In this document: in pieces, positions 1 through 11,497 of the stretch
Layout of the letters: each line of letters opens with the position of its first letter
Position numbering within the stretch: the stretch's first letter is position 1
Assembly: GCA_009103225.1 (NCBI GenBank)
Contig: RHPI01001507.1
Location: forward strand, 135,647-199,646
Source: Chlorokybus atmophyticus
Taxonomy: Eukaryota > Plantae > Mesostigma and Chlorokybus algae
Direction of reading: 5' to 3'
Length of the DNA stretch: 64,000 bases
Program-made: the position numbers and the translations under genes
Notes under the pieces: model-generated
The model's database searches: none
Told to the model about the DNA's origin: nothing
The model's input: only the letters and a program-made list of their open reading frames with translations

Positions 1-777
1 ACCAGGGAGAGCACAAGTTTGGCTTTCAGGCGAAGGTGCTGGCAACACAATAGTCTCATGTTGTTATCTGCTCTTCTTACCTCCTGTAACCGCAGCATGC
101 AGTGCATGTAGGAGACAATAAGTTTAATTTTAACACTGGCTTGTCAATGATGGGCTGTCGCTTGAGAGTCTATGGCAAGCATAGCAATTTTGTACATTGC
201 ATGCGTGGTGAATTGCAAGCACCAGGGGTAGGCACCGGTGCTCAAACTATGCATGGCTGCAATGGATGTGACATCATGACTGCGCATGACGTGACTATCA
301 ACCATGTATGATGCAATATCTATTAAGACCATACATTGTTTTTTGGTGGACCATGTATGCGCAATGTGCGTATTCATAGACCATGCATAATGCTAATGTA
401 TATCCAACTATGCATAGTGCATTATTTGTTGGGACCATACATGCTGCCACTTGTGGACCAAGCATGCACAACAATGTGCATGTCCATAGACCATGCATGG
501 TGCGATTGTCAATCAGACTGCATCATGTGTGATCCACTATGCCAGGAGGGCAGCGATTTATGCATGGTCTGTACATAATCAACATAAAAAAGAGATTCGG
601 TCTGTATCCATGGACCTGCATGATGCGATTGATAATAACCAAACATGTGGACGTAACACACAAACCATGCCCGGTCACTTGTGGCAGGGGGCAATGCATT
701 ATACTAGTCCTTGCAACCTCATATAGATACCACACACTCACACTTGTGGTGTTTGTTTGAGGTGTTTGTATGAGCAT

Positions 778-3700
778 GGTGCGACCCCAACTAAAACATG
801 GGACCGTTCATGTGAGCTTTAGACCATACATTGTCTAACTGTCATTAACAGTTTAATCATTGTAATCCACTGATTTTACTTAGCTTGGGAAAATGCACGT
901 TCAGAGATCCATGGTCCCTTAATGTCAGTTGGTGTGCCCCTTATACGAGTCTCAGACAGCCCTTATTATGACAAGGGCTGATTGAGACTCGTGTTGATTA
1001 ATGCACTACTTGAACTGTTACATAATCTTATGCAAGTGGCAACAGCCGCTGTGCCGCCGTGAATGTCACTATTATACCAAGTCATTAGCCATGTTGTAAG
1101 GAGTTGCGCTGCCACATTGTAAATACAAGTGCATATCTATGTGGAGGCAATGTGCATACCTTATACTGCTGGGCTTTTGGGGCGTTACCAGCTGTTCACA
1201 ACTGGTGAGATGGATACCGCTTGTGAAATCTGCTAGCAGTCTTCCAAGCTTCTTGACCCGCTTATAAGGGGGTTATTTGCAGAGCAGCAGTATTGATGTC
1301 CCTTAACGGTGCATCCAAAGCCACAACAGCAAACGTGGTTGCACCTTGCTTCCTCAACTCGTTGTACAAGTAAGGTGGCAGCTAGGTTGTTCGCTAATCT
1401 TTAATGCAGCCAGCGCCTTTCAAGAGTTGAATGCTGGCAACCACAGTGGGCTTTTACGGTGCGGTACACATGTAGCAAAACAATTTAATAATGCCGTTGA
1501 CAAAAGCAGCAAGGTAAGTTGCTGCTCCCAAACCAATGCTTGCTCACAACTCGAGAGATGTTGGCGCTGCCCACTCAACTACGTCTGTTTGCCAGTTGCA
1601 GGCAAGAAGAGTGCAGAGTAGGCCTCCATTGCCCTCCTAGTTCATTTTGCCCGTAGTGATGAAAAAAAAGATGCCATGCGATACCACGCTTCTCTCCTTT
1701 TACTGGTATAGTCACCAGCGGATGTGGTTATAAACCTTGCTTATTGGTAGGCTTGCTAAATGATTGACCATGCACAGATGGTTAGATTGCTAAAACGCGG
1801 ATTCGCTCATACAAAAACGCGCTCATGGGCAGCAAGCTGCAGTCTTTCATTAACATTTTCAAATCTTATAAACTAGCCTTGCATATAGGTGTGGTAGGTG
1901 TGTGCGAATTATGCTCTTTATACAAAACGCATTGAATAAATTTTCAGCAATCAAAACTTGCTGCTGCTCACATGCTGCCGTCGCTAATGCATTTCGTTTA
2001 GGTTATTAATAATCATTTGTGTAATTGGCAATCGTGACCAGACAAGTCTGCTATTACTGTTTGGAGCTGAAAAAAATATGCATACGTGCTACATCATAAT
2101 CTGGCAAGGATCAGTTCAAGTGATTGCTACTCATAGACTTTTGCGTTTGCACACTGTCTTAACTGCAATGGCAAACCAGTTCCTACTTAAAGAAACTTCT
2201 ATTGGTACATTGCGTACATTTTACACTCACGAGTTCAGCAAGCACAACGCACATGGCTCACTTCTTACAATACAGGTTTCCCTCAGCATACGGTACACAC
2301 CACAATACAGTCAGCGTCGCCCCACGGCAATCCTCTCGCCATAACTGCCGAACTCGCTACCATCATTGCCACAGCGACCCAGCAACCGCTTACATTGACG
2401 CTATAGGCGCATTTGCCTCAGTTGGTCGGCCCCAATGGTCTTGAGTGGCATAGGTGCCCCATCGCACGTGTGGCGCTCCTTCTCCAACTCCTTTGCCAAT
2501 GATCAACTTACGAGAACTTTTCCCGCCATATGGCTGCTAAACAACTTAAAGCAATTGAGTTTGCCATAGGAACTTCATGCTGCCGACAGAACAACAAGCA
2601 GTCTAACACGCCATCTACACAGGTAAAAGCCTTTCGCTACATTGTCATTGGCCATGTGCTGCGCTCCACGATGCCGATGTCGGGTGCTAACAGCTTGCAG
2701 CGTCTCTCTGTCACAGCACTCGCTTACACGACATTCATACAACAACATTCAGATTATGTAAAGTAAGCCGCATTGCAAGGCCCGTATTGCCTAGCTGATA
2801 GGACTGACATGTGTACATAAACGTATGCAGCCTGCTGTGCACAAGAGTATTGCTTTTGCAAAGCAAACTCGGGAAGCGCTTGAAGGAATTGATTGGTTGA
2901 ATATGGTCAACAGCCAAAAAAGCCCGCCAATAAGCAACCTTCTTAGCCACCGCCGGCGACAGGGAAAGAAGAAGAGGCTTGTACTGCAGCATGGTGACAA
3001 GTTTTTCATTACGTATGCTCAACTGTGCTTTAAGCTCTAACATGTTTGTTGCAAGCCTCTTAAGAGCTTTAATGAGCAAAGTAAGCCAGGCCATTTTCAC
3101 GCTTTCACCAAGAAACAACTAATGCATATGTGGTTTTAAATCATGTTGACCATAAGCACGACATTTGAAATTATGAACATGAGCTTTGCCGTACCTCATG
3201 TATTTGTCGTTTTTAAGCTCGGTACAGATGCCAAATATGAAGTAAGTGTTGTGAGAGAGAACAAGTGATACACCTCTTGTGTGTGTGTGTATTCGCTTCT
3301 CACATACAAGTGTGCACACATCAAAGACAAGTGCAACAAGCACGCCAACTACAGAGACAATATGCGACCCACTATGTTAGGCAATATATACAGTGTCTTT
3401 TATACTATAGCTAATACACCATTAACGTCATAATTGGACACTGTATGCAAAAGTTAACAACCGCTACAGGTTGGGAGTGCATACACTCACTTGTTGTAAT
3501 TCGAGGGGTAGACATGGAGGCAGCATGCACTGTGGCCCTTGACTACACCTCAGTTGTTGTTTAATAATAGGAGTTGGTGGAGGACTTGCTGAAACTCTAT
3601 AAACTTGTACGAGCAACTAGCAACTTGGTCCGTATACAAGGCACCGCTTATGGGAGGCCTTCACACATTTAACATCAAAAGGCCAGAAATGGTCCTTGCC

Positions 3701-3835
3701 TTCGGACCGGGATTTTGCGCTACTAAATGAAATCTGTGGACCATATAAACCGTATGGTACGGCTGTCATTGACAGTTGAACCATGCATGGTCCAGACTAC
3801 ACCAAAACGGTCCCATGTTTTATTGGGGTCGCACC
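778..3835. repeat. Degenerate ~120-bp inverted repeat pair (about 778-900 and 3715-3835); possible ends of an old TIR DNA transposon
   Basis: GGTGCGACCCCAACTAAAACATGGGACCGTT at 778 is nearly the reverse complement of AACGGTCCCATGTTTTATTGGGGTCGCACC ending at 3835. Similarity continues inward. No TSD or transposase ORF found. Confidence 0.45.
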
Positions 3836-3921
3836 GTGTTTGCCCGGCCACTAGCCGGTCGCATTAGGTACATTCAGGTACAAGCCGGCCAGCGGCCCAA
3901 GGACTAGTCATGAATGTACTA

Positions 3922-4345
3922 CAGTCTAACCTCAATAAGTGCATACCATTGGGAACGGGCTTATGTATGCACTTATCGCGTTTATGCATCCTCGTTAAGT
4001 GCATAACATATGCACCGCTTTATGTGCATTTATTATGCACTTAGGCTTGGCATAAATGCATAACCTATGCACTTAATGAGTAAACCCAATCATGAGTTAC
4101 GTTGTAACGTGTACGACCGTAAATTTAATACACTGTATTCATAACTTGTCTGTAACTTAAGCGTAATTCACCTTAATAAGTGCATAGACACACTAAAGGT
4201 TAGGCATCTCAAGGTATGCACTTATCGATAAATGCATATGCTCTTACCGCACAGGTCTTCCCCCTGAAGACGTCGGTGATGGCCGAATTTATGCATTAAA
4301 CGCGGATATGCACTAATCAAATATGCACTTATCGAGGTTAGACTG
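3922..4345. mobile_element. MITE, Tc1/mariner-like (copy 1)
   Basis: TIRs CAGTCTAACCTCAATAAGTGCATA and TATGCACTTATCGAGGTTAGACTG, TA dinucleotide on both sides (3920-3921, 4346-4347), no ORF, repeated internal AAGTGCATA/TATGCACTT motifs. Confidence 0.8.
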
Positions 4346-4383
4346 TAAATACTGGTTCGGCCAGCGGATCATGGACTGACATA

Positions 4384-4816
4384 CAGTGGAACCTTAATAA
4401 GTGCATATTCGATTAGTACATATATCCGCGTTGAGTGCATATATTTGGCCGTCACCGCCAATTTACAGGGGGAAGATCTATGCGTTAAGCATGTGTTTAT
4501 TGATCAGTGCATACCATGAGATGTCTAACCTTTACTGTGTCTATGCACTTATTAAGGTGGATTACGCTTGAGTTACGAATAGATTCTGACTACAATGTAT
4601 TGTAGTTACAATTGTACACGTTACAACGCAACTGCAGGTTTACTCCATAAGTGCATAGATTATGCATTTATGCCAAGGCTAAGTGCAACAAATATGCACT
4701 TGAAGCAGATGATTAGTTAATATACTAATATATATGCACTTAATGAGGATGCATAAACGCAAAAAGTGCATATATATGCCCATTCCCGATGGTATGCACT
4801 CATCGAGGTTGGACTA
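4384..4816. mobile_element. MITE, same family, copy 2 in inverted orientation
   Basis: Begins TA-CAGTGGAACCTTAATAAGTGCATA and ends GAGGTTGGACTA-TA. Its sequence is a diverged reverse complement of 3922-4345. Confidence 0.75.
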
Positions 4817-5002
4817 TATTTATCCATAATCATTAGTGTTTGTTACGAATACGGGAAAAGTGTTATGGCTTAAGCCGATGGCACCGGCCATGCCCAATCT
4901 GTGACGCACGAGGCCGCGGCATATAAGAGATGAGTAGTCAAGAAACATACATGCGTTTATTAAGAATCAAACCCAGTATTTTTGGAGTACAAACACGATG
5001 GA

Positions 5003-5672
5003 TGTAACAGTTAAGGCCAAATTCTGTGATTTTCATGGCCGTTTTAGGCCTTATTTGTAAGGTGCATGTTTTTAATGACTTGTGGCGGATATCGGCGAGT
5101 TATGAGTCTGCCGCGGATATCGACCGGGGCACCAAGACCAGTCCGGAAGGTGCCAGAAAACGGAGGGCCAGTCGAGAAGGGCTCGACCAGATTTCTGGAA
5201 GGGCCTGGCGCCAAGTAGTGTAACTTGACCATATGAGCAGCAAAGTAGGAGATCTTTGGTGCGTTGGAAAGGTCTAGAAGTGTACTACAAGATTCTGCAA
5301 GAGTATCTTAGCTTCTAGTTCCGTCTAGCGCTAGAATCGTCTAGACAGTAGCATGTGCAGACTGGTAGGTATAAAAGTGACATTCTACAATTTGCAATAC
5401 AACCTTTAGCTCCCTAGTTTCTGGTGTGCAAGCTTGGTGGTGGTTAGCAGGGGTTGCTAGCGTGTGGCCACCAGTGTGTGCTTGCTTGTGTGACGATCCA
5501 AGGCGCTACACAAGTCGGTGTAGCTTCGAGCGCATGCGCGTGCGTACGCGAGTGGCGGGGTGCGTGTGTGTGCTTGGCAGAGGGGGCAAGGTTCCAGTGT
5601 GAATACCGTGTCTTGGTGAGAGGGTTGTGGATTGGACCAACTCACAGGTGACAAGGCACGAGCACCGTCACA
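5003..5672 (+). repeat. 5' LTR of element 1
   Basis: TGTAACAG...CCGTCACA. About 6 differences from the 3' LTR counted by eye (~99% identity). Confidence 0.95.
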
Positions 5673-5674
5673 AC

Positions 5675-5686
5675 TGGTATCGGAGC
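5675..5686 (+). promoter_or_regulatory. Primer-binding site, tRNA-iMet type
   Basis: TGGTATCGGAGC 2 nt after the LTR; one base from the canonical plant TGGTATCAGAGC. Confidence 0.9.
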
Positions 5687-5766
5687 ACGGTTTACGAAGG
5701 TGAGAGAGGAAGTGTGTGGGCGTTTACACTTTTCATTCGGAAGCGGAGTGTAGTGTGTTAGTGGAG

Positions 5767-6795
5767 ATGGAGGATGCTCGCATGGAAGAGCTTCAAGCTG
5801 CCATCTTGGCACTGAGGGAAGAGCTTCATCACACTCAAGCGGCGGCACAAGCACAACGCGAGGCGTATGAGCATGCGATGGCGCGTGTACAAATTCCCAT
5901 GGCATCAAGCTCGCGCGTGCATGTGAAGGTGCCAAAGCCCAAGCCATTCAGGGGTCAACGTGATGGAGATGCAGTGGATGAATGGATTTTTCAAGTATCG
6001 TCTTGGTTGAAGCTCACGGAGGTGCCCACGCATCTGCACGTGGAGGTTGCAGCGACATTGCTTGAAGGTGCAGCACTTGTGTGGTGGAGGCATCGATGTA
6101 CGCGAGTTGCAAACGGGTTGGCGCTACCATTGACCACCATGGAAGAGTTGGCACTGGAGGTCAGGCATCAATTTGTTCCCGTTGAGAGCGTGAAGGCCGC
6201 ACGCGACAAACTTGCAGCCCTTGTGCAAATGGGGTCGGTGATGGCGTACACGGCCGCGTTTCAGCGATTGGTGATGTCCATACCCAATATGACCGAGGAG
6301 GAGCAGTTGGACAGGTATACACGTGGTTTAAAACCTTTGGGGCGTAAAGAAGTGGAGCTACGGGACCCGAAGACACTCGCGGAGGCTATACGCATCGCGG
6401 AGCGTCTCGACGCGTTGTACTTCAAGTCCACCACAAGAAACACTGACTGGAGGCAAAGGCATGGTGATCAGCCCCGGGGAGGCTTTCAACATGCATGGAG
6501 ACGAGGAGAACCAAGTTCAGCACTTGCAAATGGAGGTGGAGCTGACTCTGGGCCTGCACCAATGGAGGTGGGTGCCATACACACACATGGAAGTGAGGCG
6601 AAGCACGGCGGACGTGGTGAAAGAGGTAAAGGTGTGCGCAAGTGTTATGCGTGTGGGTCGACGGAGCATTTGGCGTACGGATGCCCCAAACGAAGCACGC
6701 AAAGGCCAACACCGGATGGCAACCCTCGCCGTGATCGTCGCGTCAACACCATGGAGCAAAATGGCGTGGAGCAGGAAAACGACTTCCCCCAGTAG
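5767..6795 (+). CDS. gag: Gag with CCHC zinc knuckle
   Basis: KPKPFRG..W motif, retrotransposon gag core, CYACGSTEHLAYGC knuckle. First ATG of the ORF is at 5767. Confidence 0.93.
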   Translation: MEDARMEELQAAILALREELHHTQAAAQAQREAYEHAMARVQIPMASSSRVHVKVPKPKPFRGQRDGDAVDEWIFQVSSWLKLTEVPTHLHVEVAATLLEGAALVWWRHRCTRVANGLALPLTTMEELALEVRHQFVPVESVKAARDKLAALVQMGSVMAYTAAFQRLVMSIPNMTEEEQLDRYTRGLKPLGRKEVELRDPKTLAEAIRIAERLDALYFKSTTRNTDWRQRHGDQPRGGFQHAWRRGEPSSALANGGGADSGPAPMEVGAIHTHGSEAKHGGRGERGKGVRKCYACGSTEHLAYGCPKRSTQRPTPDGNPRRDRRVNTMEQNGVEQENDFPQ

Positions 6796-6848
6796 GTGAG
6801 GAGGCTACTGCTGGGGATAGGAAGGAGCCTCATGCACGGACGGATGCT

Positions 6849-9800
6849 GTGACATTTCCATTAAAGAAGCAAGAAGAGATGGCTTTGAACGCGCCAATGG
6901 TGGTGAGTTATGCAAACGAGGAGACAACAAAGTACTTCGGGCTTCGAGCACACATTTGCGATGACCAAGGACGATGGAGAGAGTGTAAGCTCATGATTGA
7001 TAGCGGTGCCAACAGCAACTTTATGAGTATTGATATTGCGCGGCGTTACGGTTGGCTTTCGTCATTACGAGGAGGTGAAGTGAAGCTCGCTGATGGAGAG
7101 CCACCCTCTGGAGGTGATGGCGCTGCGTTTATGACCAAAGAGTTGTGCGTTCGCATTGGGAAGATGAAGGAGAGCATGCGATTTTGCTGCATCACCCTAC
7201 GGAACGGGTTTGATGGGATTTTGGGACTACCGTGGCTATGGCAACATAATCCAGCCATCAATTGGAGGAAGCGCGTGCTCACCATCGAGCGAAACGGTGG
7301 AGAGTCCATTCAAGCTGCATCGGACGTCATCGAGGCGCGGCACGCACAATTAGGTGGTACGACAATTGCCCAGATCTCTTATGTGCAATTGAGGAAGTTA
7401 TTGTCTCCACGGAAGGCAAAGGCTGCATGGTTGTGCGTGGTGCGCGAAAACACTGCAAAGTCAGCACCGGAGCTGAGTGACGATGTTCAGACGGCTACTA
7501 TGGACCCCGAGGTGTGTAAACTTGTTAAAGAATACCAAGATATCATGGTGGACGGACTTCCATCTGGTCTACCACCTCCACGGAGCGTAGACCACCGTGT
7601 GGAGCTGATTGAGGGCGTGCACAAGCCACCGTATCGACCCGTATACAAGTTGTCACCTTTGGAACTGGAAGAGGCCGAGAGGCAGGTGGCGGACTTGCTG
7701 AAAAGAGGCTACATCAGGCCTAGTAAGTCCCCCTATGGTGCACCTATTTTGTTTGTACGAAAGAAGAACGGGAGCTTGCGCATGTGCGTCGACTACCGAG
7801 CTCTCAACAACATCACGAAGAGGAATTGCTTTCCACTCCCACGTATCGACGAGTTGCTGGAGCAATTGCAAGGTGCGCAGTACTTCACAACACTTGATCT
7901 TGCTGGAGGTTATCACCAAATTCGCATCGCGCCCGAGGATGTGGAGAAAACAGCTTTTAACACACGTTATGGGCACTACGAGTGGTTGGTCATGTCCTTC
8001 GGACTTACGAACGCACCGGCAACATTTCAAACGCTTATGAACAGCGTTTTTGCTGACTTGATTGGTAAGGGAGTCCTCGTGTACCTCGACGACATTTTGG
8101 TGTACGCGACAACAAAGGAGGAGCACGTGGCACTTCTACGGCGCGTGTTGCAGCGTTTGCGCGAACACAAGTTGTACGCCCAGCTACAAAAGTGCAAATT
8201 CTTGCTTCGAGAGGTGGAGTACCTAGGCCACATTGTGTCGCATGAAGGCATCAAGCCGGACCCCAACAAAGTGCAGGTGGTGCGCGAGTGGGCTGCCCCG
8301 ACCAATGTAAAGGAGGTGATGTCCTTTTTAGGCCTTGCGGGGTATTATCGCAAGTTTATCATGGGGTTTTCGCGCATAGCTGCTCCCTTGACTACCCTAC
8401 TCAAGAAGGGAAAGCATTGGAGCTGGTCAGCAACAGAGGAACATGCATTTGCTGCGTTGAAGAAGGCGCTGACGGAGGCACCAGTCCTGGCTCACCCCAA
8501 CATGGAAAAGACATTTATTTTGGCTTGCGACGCGTCCGACACAGCCGTAGGAGCTGTTTTGCAGCAAGACCATGGCAACGGCCTTCAACCAGTAGCATTC
8601 TTCAGCAAGAAGATGAGTGGTGCGGAGCTGAATTACCCCGTGCACGAGAAGGAACTTTTAGCGCAAGTCATGGCGCTACGACAATGGCGTTGTTTTTTGG
8701 AAGGCAAAAAGTTCGTGCTTGAGACGGATCACTCTCCACTGAGGTACTTACAAACACAACCTCATCTGAGTCGCAGACAAGCTCGATGGCTTGAGTTCTT
8801 TCAACTTTTTAACTTCGATATCAAGTACAAGCCCGGTACGTCAAATGGTGTTGCTGACGCGCTGAGCCGGCTTAATGCAATTGAGGCACTCGCTCAAGTG
8901 CAGCCCGAGTGGACCGACCAGATTCGGCACGTGCTTCGTGAAGACACGGAGGGTATGAAAGTGTTGCAAGAGCTGGAAAATACAGCTACGGACACAAGTG
9001 GGCACTGGTCACTGCGCGACGGGCTGCTGTGGCACCATGGGCGCTTGTACATCCCCAACGTCGCGCATATCCGTGTGAAGTTGCTGAAGGAAGCTCATGA
9101 CGTGCCCATTGCTGGTCACCAAGGGTTGGAAAGGACTTTGGCAAGCTTAAAACAGCGTTTTTACTGGCGAGAGATGCATCGCGATGTGCGCGACTACGTG
9201 GCGTTGTGCGACGCATGCCAAAGGGTGAAGGCAAGCAACCAAAAGCCAGGTGGGTTGCTGCAACCTCTCCCTGTGCCATTGTCCAAGTGGGAGCAAGTTA
9301 CCATGGACTTTATCAGGGGGCTACCAAGCACAAAAGAAGGGTACGACGCTATACTTGTGTTCGTCGATAAAACCAGCAAAATGGTACGCTTGGCACCGTG
9401 TAGTGAGTCTTGCACGGCACCGGAGGCAGCACGCTTGTTCGTGAAGCATGTATTTCGTTCTCATGGATTACCACGAAGCATTGTGAGTGATCGCGACCCG
9501 CGCTTTACAAGTAAGTTTTGGGAGGCGCTGCATAGTGCACTGGGTACCACACTGAAGTTTAGCACGGCATTCCACCCGCAAACTGATGGGCAAACGGAGC
9601 GGGCCAACCGTGTGATCGAGGACATGCTGCGTTGCTACGTTAACGCGCGACAAGACAATTGGGAGGAGCTGCTTGAGTTGGTTGAGTTTGCGATCAACAA
9701 CCACCACAATGCAAGCACAGGTGTCACTCCCTTCCTTATGAACTACGGGCAACATCCATTGACACCGTTGACGGCATGGACACCGCGACGACATGACGTG

Positions 9801-10382
9801 CGTGTGGAGGCAGCTAATGACTTCCTTACAAAGTGCGCGGACATTAACAAGGCAGCTAGGGATGCGTTATTGGTGGCACAAAATCGGCAGAAGCAGTACG
9901 CGGACGCGCATCGCCGACACCTCACGTTTCAGGAAGGCGACATTGTGTTACTCTCCGCGAAGCACGTCCAGGTGCGTACGGGAGTTCGCAAGCTGAATGA
10001 ACGCTGGTTGGGACCATTTAAGGTCAGCAAAGTTATCTCGGACGTGGCGTACAAGTTGGAGCTACCCGACACCATGCGTGTGCACCCCGTTTTTCACGTC
10101 TCCCTTCTGAAAGCATATCGAGGACAACCGCCAGAAAGGCCACCCCCCGAAGTTGGCACAGACGGTGAACCCGAGTGGGAGGTAGAAGACATCCTTGGTG
10201 AGAAGTTTGTGCATGGCGTACGCAAGTTCTTAGTGAAATGGAAGGGCTATCCGTTGCATGAAGCATCCTGGGAGCCAGAGGCACACTTGACTAATGCTCA
10301 AGACGTTGTGCGTGCCTATCTTGCTCGACGACAACCTCGCGAGCTTCGAGGACGAAGCTCACCTGGGGGGGGAGGAGTGTAA
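6849..10382 (+). CDS. pol: Pol (PR-RT-RNaseH-IN-chromodomain); frame open from 6735, -1 relative to gag
   Basis: IDSGA protease, YLDD RT, ACDAS RNase H, H..H..CDAC integrase zinc finger, chromodomain EWEVEDIL..FLVKWKGY..SWEP. Confidence 0.96.
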   Translation: MTFPLKKQEEMALNAPMVVSYANEETTKYFGLRAHICDDQGRWRECKLMIDSGANSNFMSIDIARRYGWLSSLRGGEVKLADGEPPSGGDGAAFMTKELCVRIGKMKESMRFCCITLRNGFDGILGLPWLWQHNPAINWRKRVLTIERNGGESIQAASDVIEARHAQLGGTTIAQISYVQLRKLLSPRKAKAAWLCVVRENTAKSAPELSDDVQTATMDPEVCKLVKEYQDIMVDGLPSGLPPPRSVDHRVELIEGVHKPPYRPVYKLSPLELEEAERQVADLLKRGYIRPSKSPYGAPILFVRKKNGSLRMCVDYRALNNITKRNCFPLPRIDELLEQLQGAQYFTTLDLAGGYHQIRIAPEDVEKTAFNTRYGHYEWLVMSFGLTNAPATFQTLMNSVFADLIGKGVLVYLDDILVYATTKEEHVALLRRVLQRLREHKLYAQLQKCKFLLREVEYLGHIVSHEGIKPDPNKVQVVREWAAPTNVKEVMSFLGLAGYYRKFIMGFSRIAAPLTTLLKKGKHWSWSATEEHAFAALKKALTEAPVLAHPNMEKTFILACDASDTAVGAVLQQDHGNGLQPVAFFSKKMSGAELNYPVHEKELLAQVMALRQWRCFLEGKKFVLETDHSPLRYLQTQPHLSRRQARWLEFFQLFNFDIKYKPGTSNGVADALSRLNAIEALAQVQPEWTDQIRHVLREDTEGMKVLQELENTATDTSGHWSLRDGLLWHHGRLYIPNVAHIRVKLLKEAHDVPIAGHQGLERTLASLKQRFYWREMHRDVRDYVALCDACQRVKASNQKPGGLLQPLPVPLSKWEQVTMDFIRGLPSTKEGYDAILVFVDKTSKMVRLAPCSESCTAPEAARLFVKHVFRSHGLPRSIVSDRDPRFTSKFWEALHSALGTTLKFSTAFHPQTDGQTERANRVIEDMLRCYVNARQDNWEELLELVEFAINNHHNASTGVTPFLMNYGQHPLTPLTAWTPRRHDVRVEAANDFLTKCADINKAARDALLVAQNRQKQYADAHRRHLTFQEGDIVLLSAKHVQVRTGVRKLNERWLGPFKVSKVISDVAYKLELPDTMRVHPVFHVSLLKAYRGQPPERPPPEVGTDGEPEWEVEDILGEKFVHGVRKFLVKWKGYPLHEASWEPEAHLTNAQDVVRAYLARRQPRELRGRSSPGGGGV
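10365..10377 (+). promoter_or_regulatory. Polypurine tract of element 1
   Basis: GGGGGGGGAGGAG abutting the 3' LTR. Confidence 0.9.
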
Positions 10383-11047
10383 CAGTTAAGGCCAAATTCT
10401 GTGATTTTCATGGCCGTTTTAGGCCTTATTTGTAAGGTGCATGTTTTTTAAGACTTGTGGCGGATATCGGCGAGTTATGAGTCTGCCGCGGATATCGACC
10501 AGGGCACCAAGACCAGTCCGGAAGGTGCCAGAAAACGGAGGGCCAGTCGAGAAGGGCTCGACCAGATTTCTGGAAGGGCCTGGCGCCAAGTAGTGTAACT
10601 TGACCATATGAGCAGCAAAGTAGGAGATCTTTGGTGCGTTGGAAAGGTCTAGAAGTGTACTACAAGATTCTGCAAGAGTATCTTAGCTTCTAGTTCCGTC
10701 TAGCGCTAGAATCGTCTAGACAGTAGCATGTGCAGACTGGTAGGTATAAAAGTGACATTCTACAATTTGCAATACAACCTTTAGCTCCCTAGTTTCTGGT
10801 GTGCAAGCTTGGTGGTGGTTAGCAGGGGTTGCTAGCGTGTGGCCACCGGTGTGTGCTTGCTTGTGTGACGATCCAAGGCGCTACACAAGTCGGTGTAGCT
10901 TCGAGCGCATGCGCGTGCGTACGCGAGTGGCGGGGCGCGTGTGTGTGCTTGGCAGAGGGGGCAAGGTTCCGGTGTGAATACCGTGTCTTGGTGAGAGGGT
11001 TGTGGATTGGACCAACTCACAGGTGACAAGGCACGAGCACCGTCACA
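10378..11047 (+). repeat. 3' LTR of element 1
   Basis: Direct repeat of 5003-5672 followed by TSD ATGGA. Confidence 0.95.
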
Positions 11048-11106
11048 ATGGACGTACCGGTACTTACAGATTAGTACTTGCATCATAGACTGCACCAACG
11101 GCCGCT

Positions 11107-11497
11107 TGGCGATTATCGAGGCCCCAAAAGAACCATGAGTGGTCAGACCCCCGCAGACCAGGCAGTCCTAGCCCGCTGGGTCCGTGGTAGGACCATATTT
11201 CCCCGAATGTCAAGCCGCGTGCTTACAAGCATTGCAGCATTTTGTGAGCGTACTACGATCCTGTCCTGGGTGGAGTATGGGTACAAGCTACCATGGGTGT
11301 CTGACCACTCCCCGAATGGGCAATTACTAAACACAAGGTGCATGAGTTTGCGGACTTCACTACTGCCACTATTGCCAACCTAGTGCATAGTGTGGCTATA
11401 CACGAGTGCGTGACACTCCCCCTCGTGGTGAGCCCAGTCAACGTGGTCGATGATGGCCGCAAGCTGCGCCTCATAATGGATACGCGCTGTGTCAACT
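11107..11497 (+). pseudogene. DIRS-like (tyrosine-recombinase retroelement) RT remnant, 5' part
   Basis: ILSWVEYGYKLPW and PLVVSPVNVV..KLRLIMDTRCVN; interrupted by the Copia TSD. Confidence 0.7.

Larger units (their letters stand above)
5003..11047 (+). mobile_element. Full-length Ty3/Gypsy chromovirus (element 1)
   Basis: Two 670-bp TG..CA LTRs, 5-bp TSD ATGGA (4998-5002, 11048-11052), PBS, PPT, intact gag and pol with C-terminal chromodomain. Confidence 0.97.

Noticed and set aside
102-3343. Many short ORFs in the first 3.3 kb
   Set aside because: No domain motifs; they arise from ATG/CAT-rich repetitive composition.
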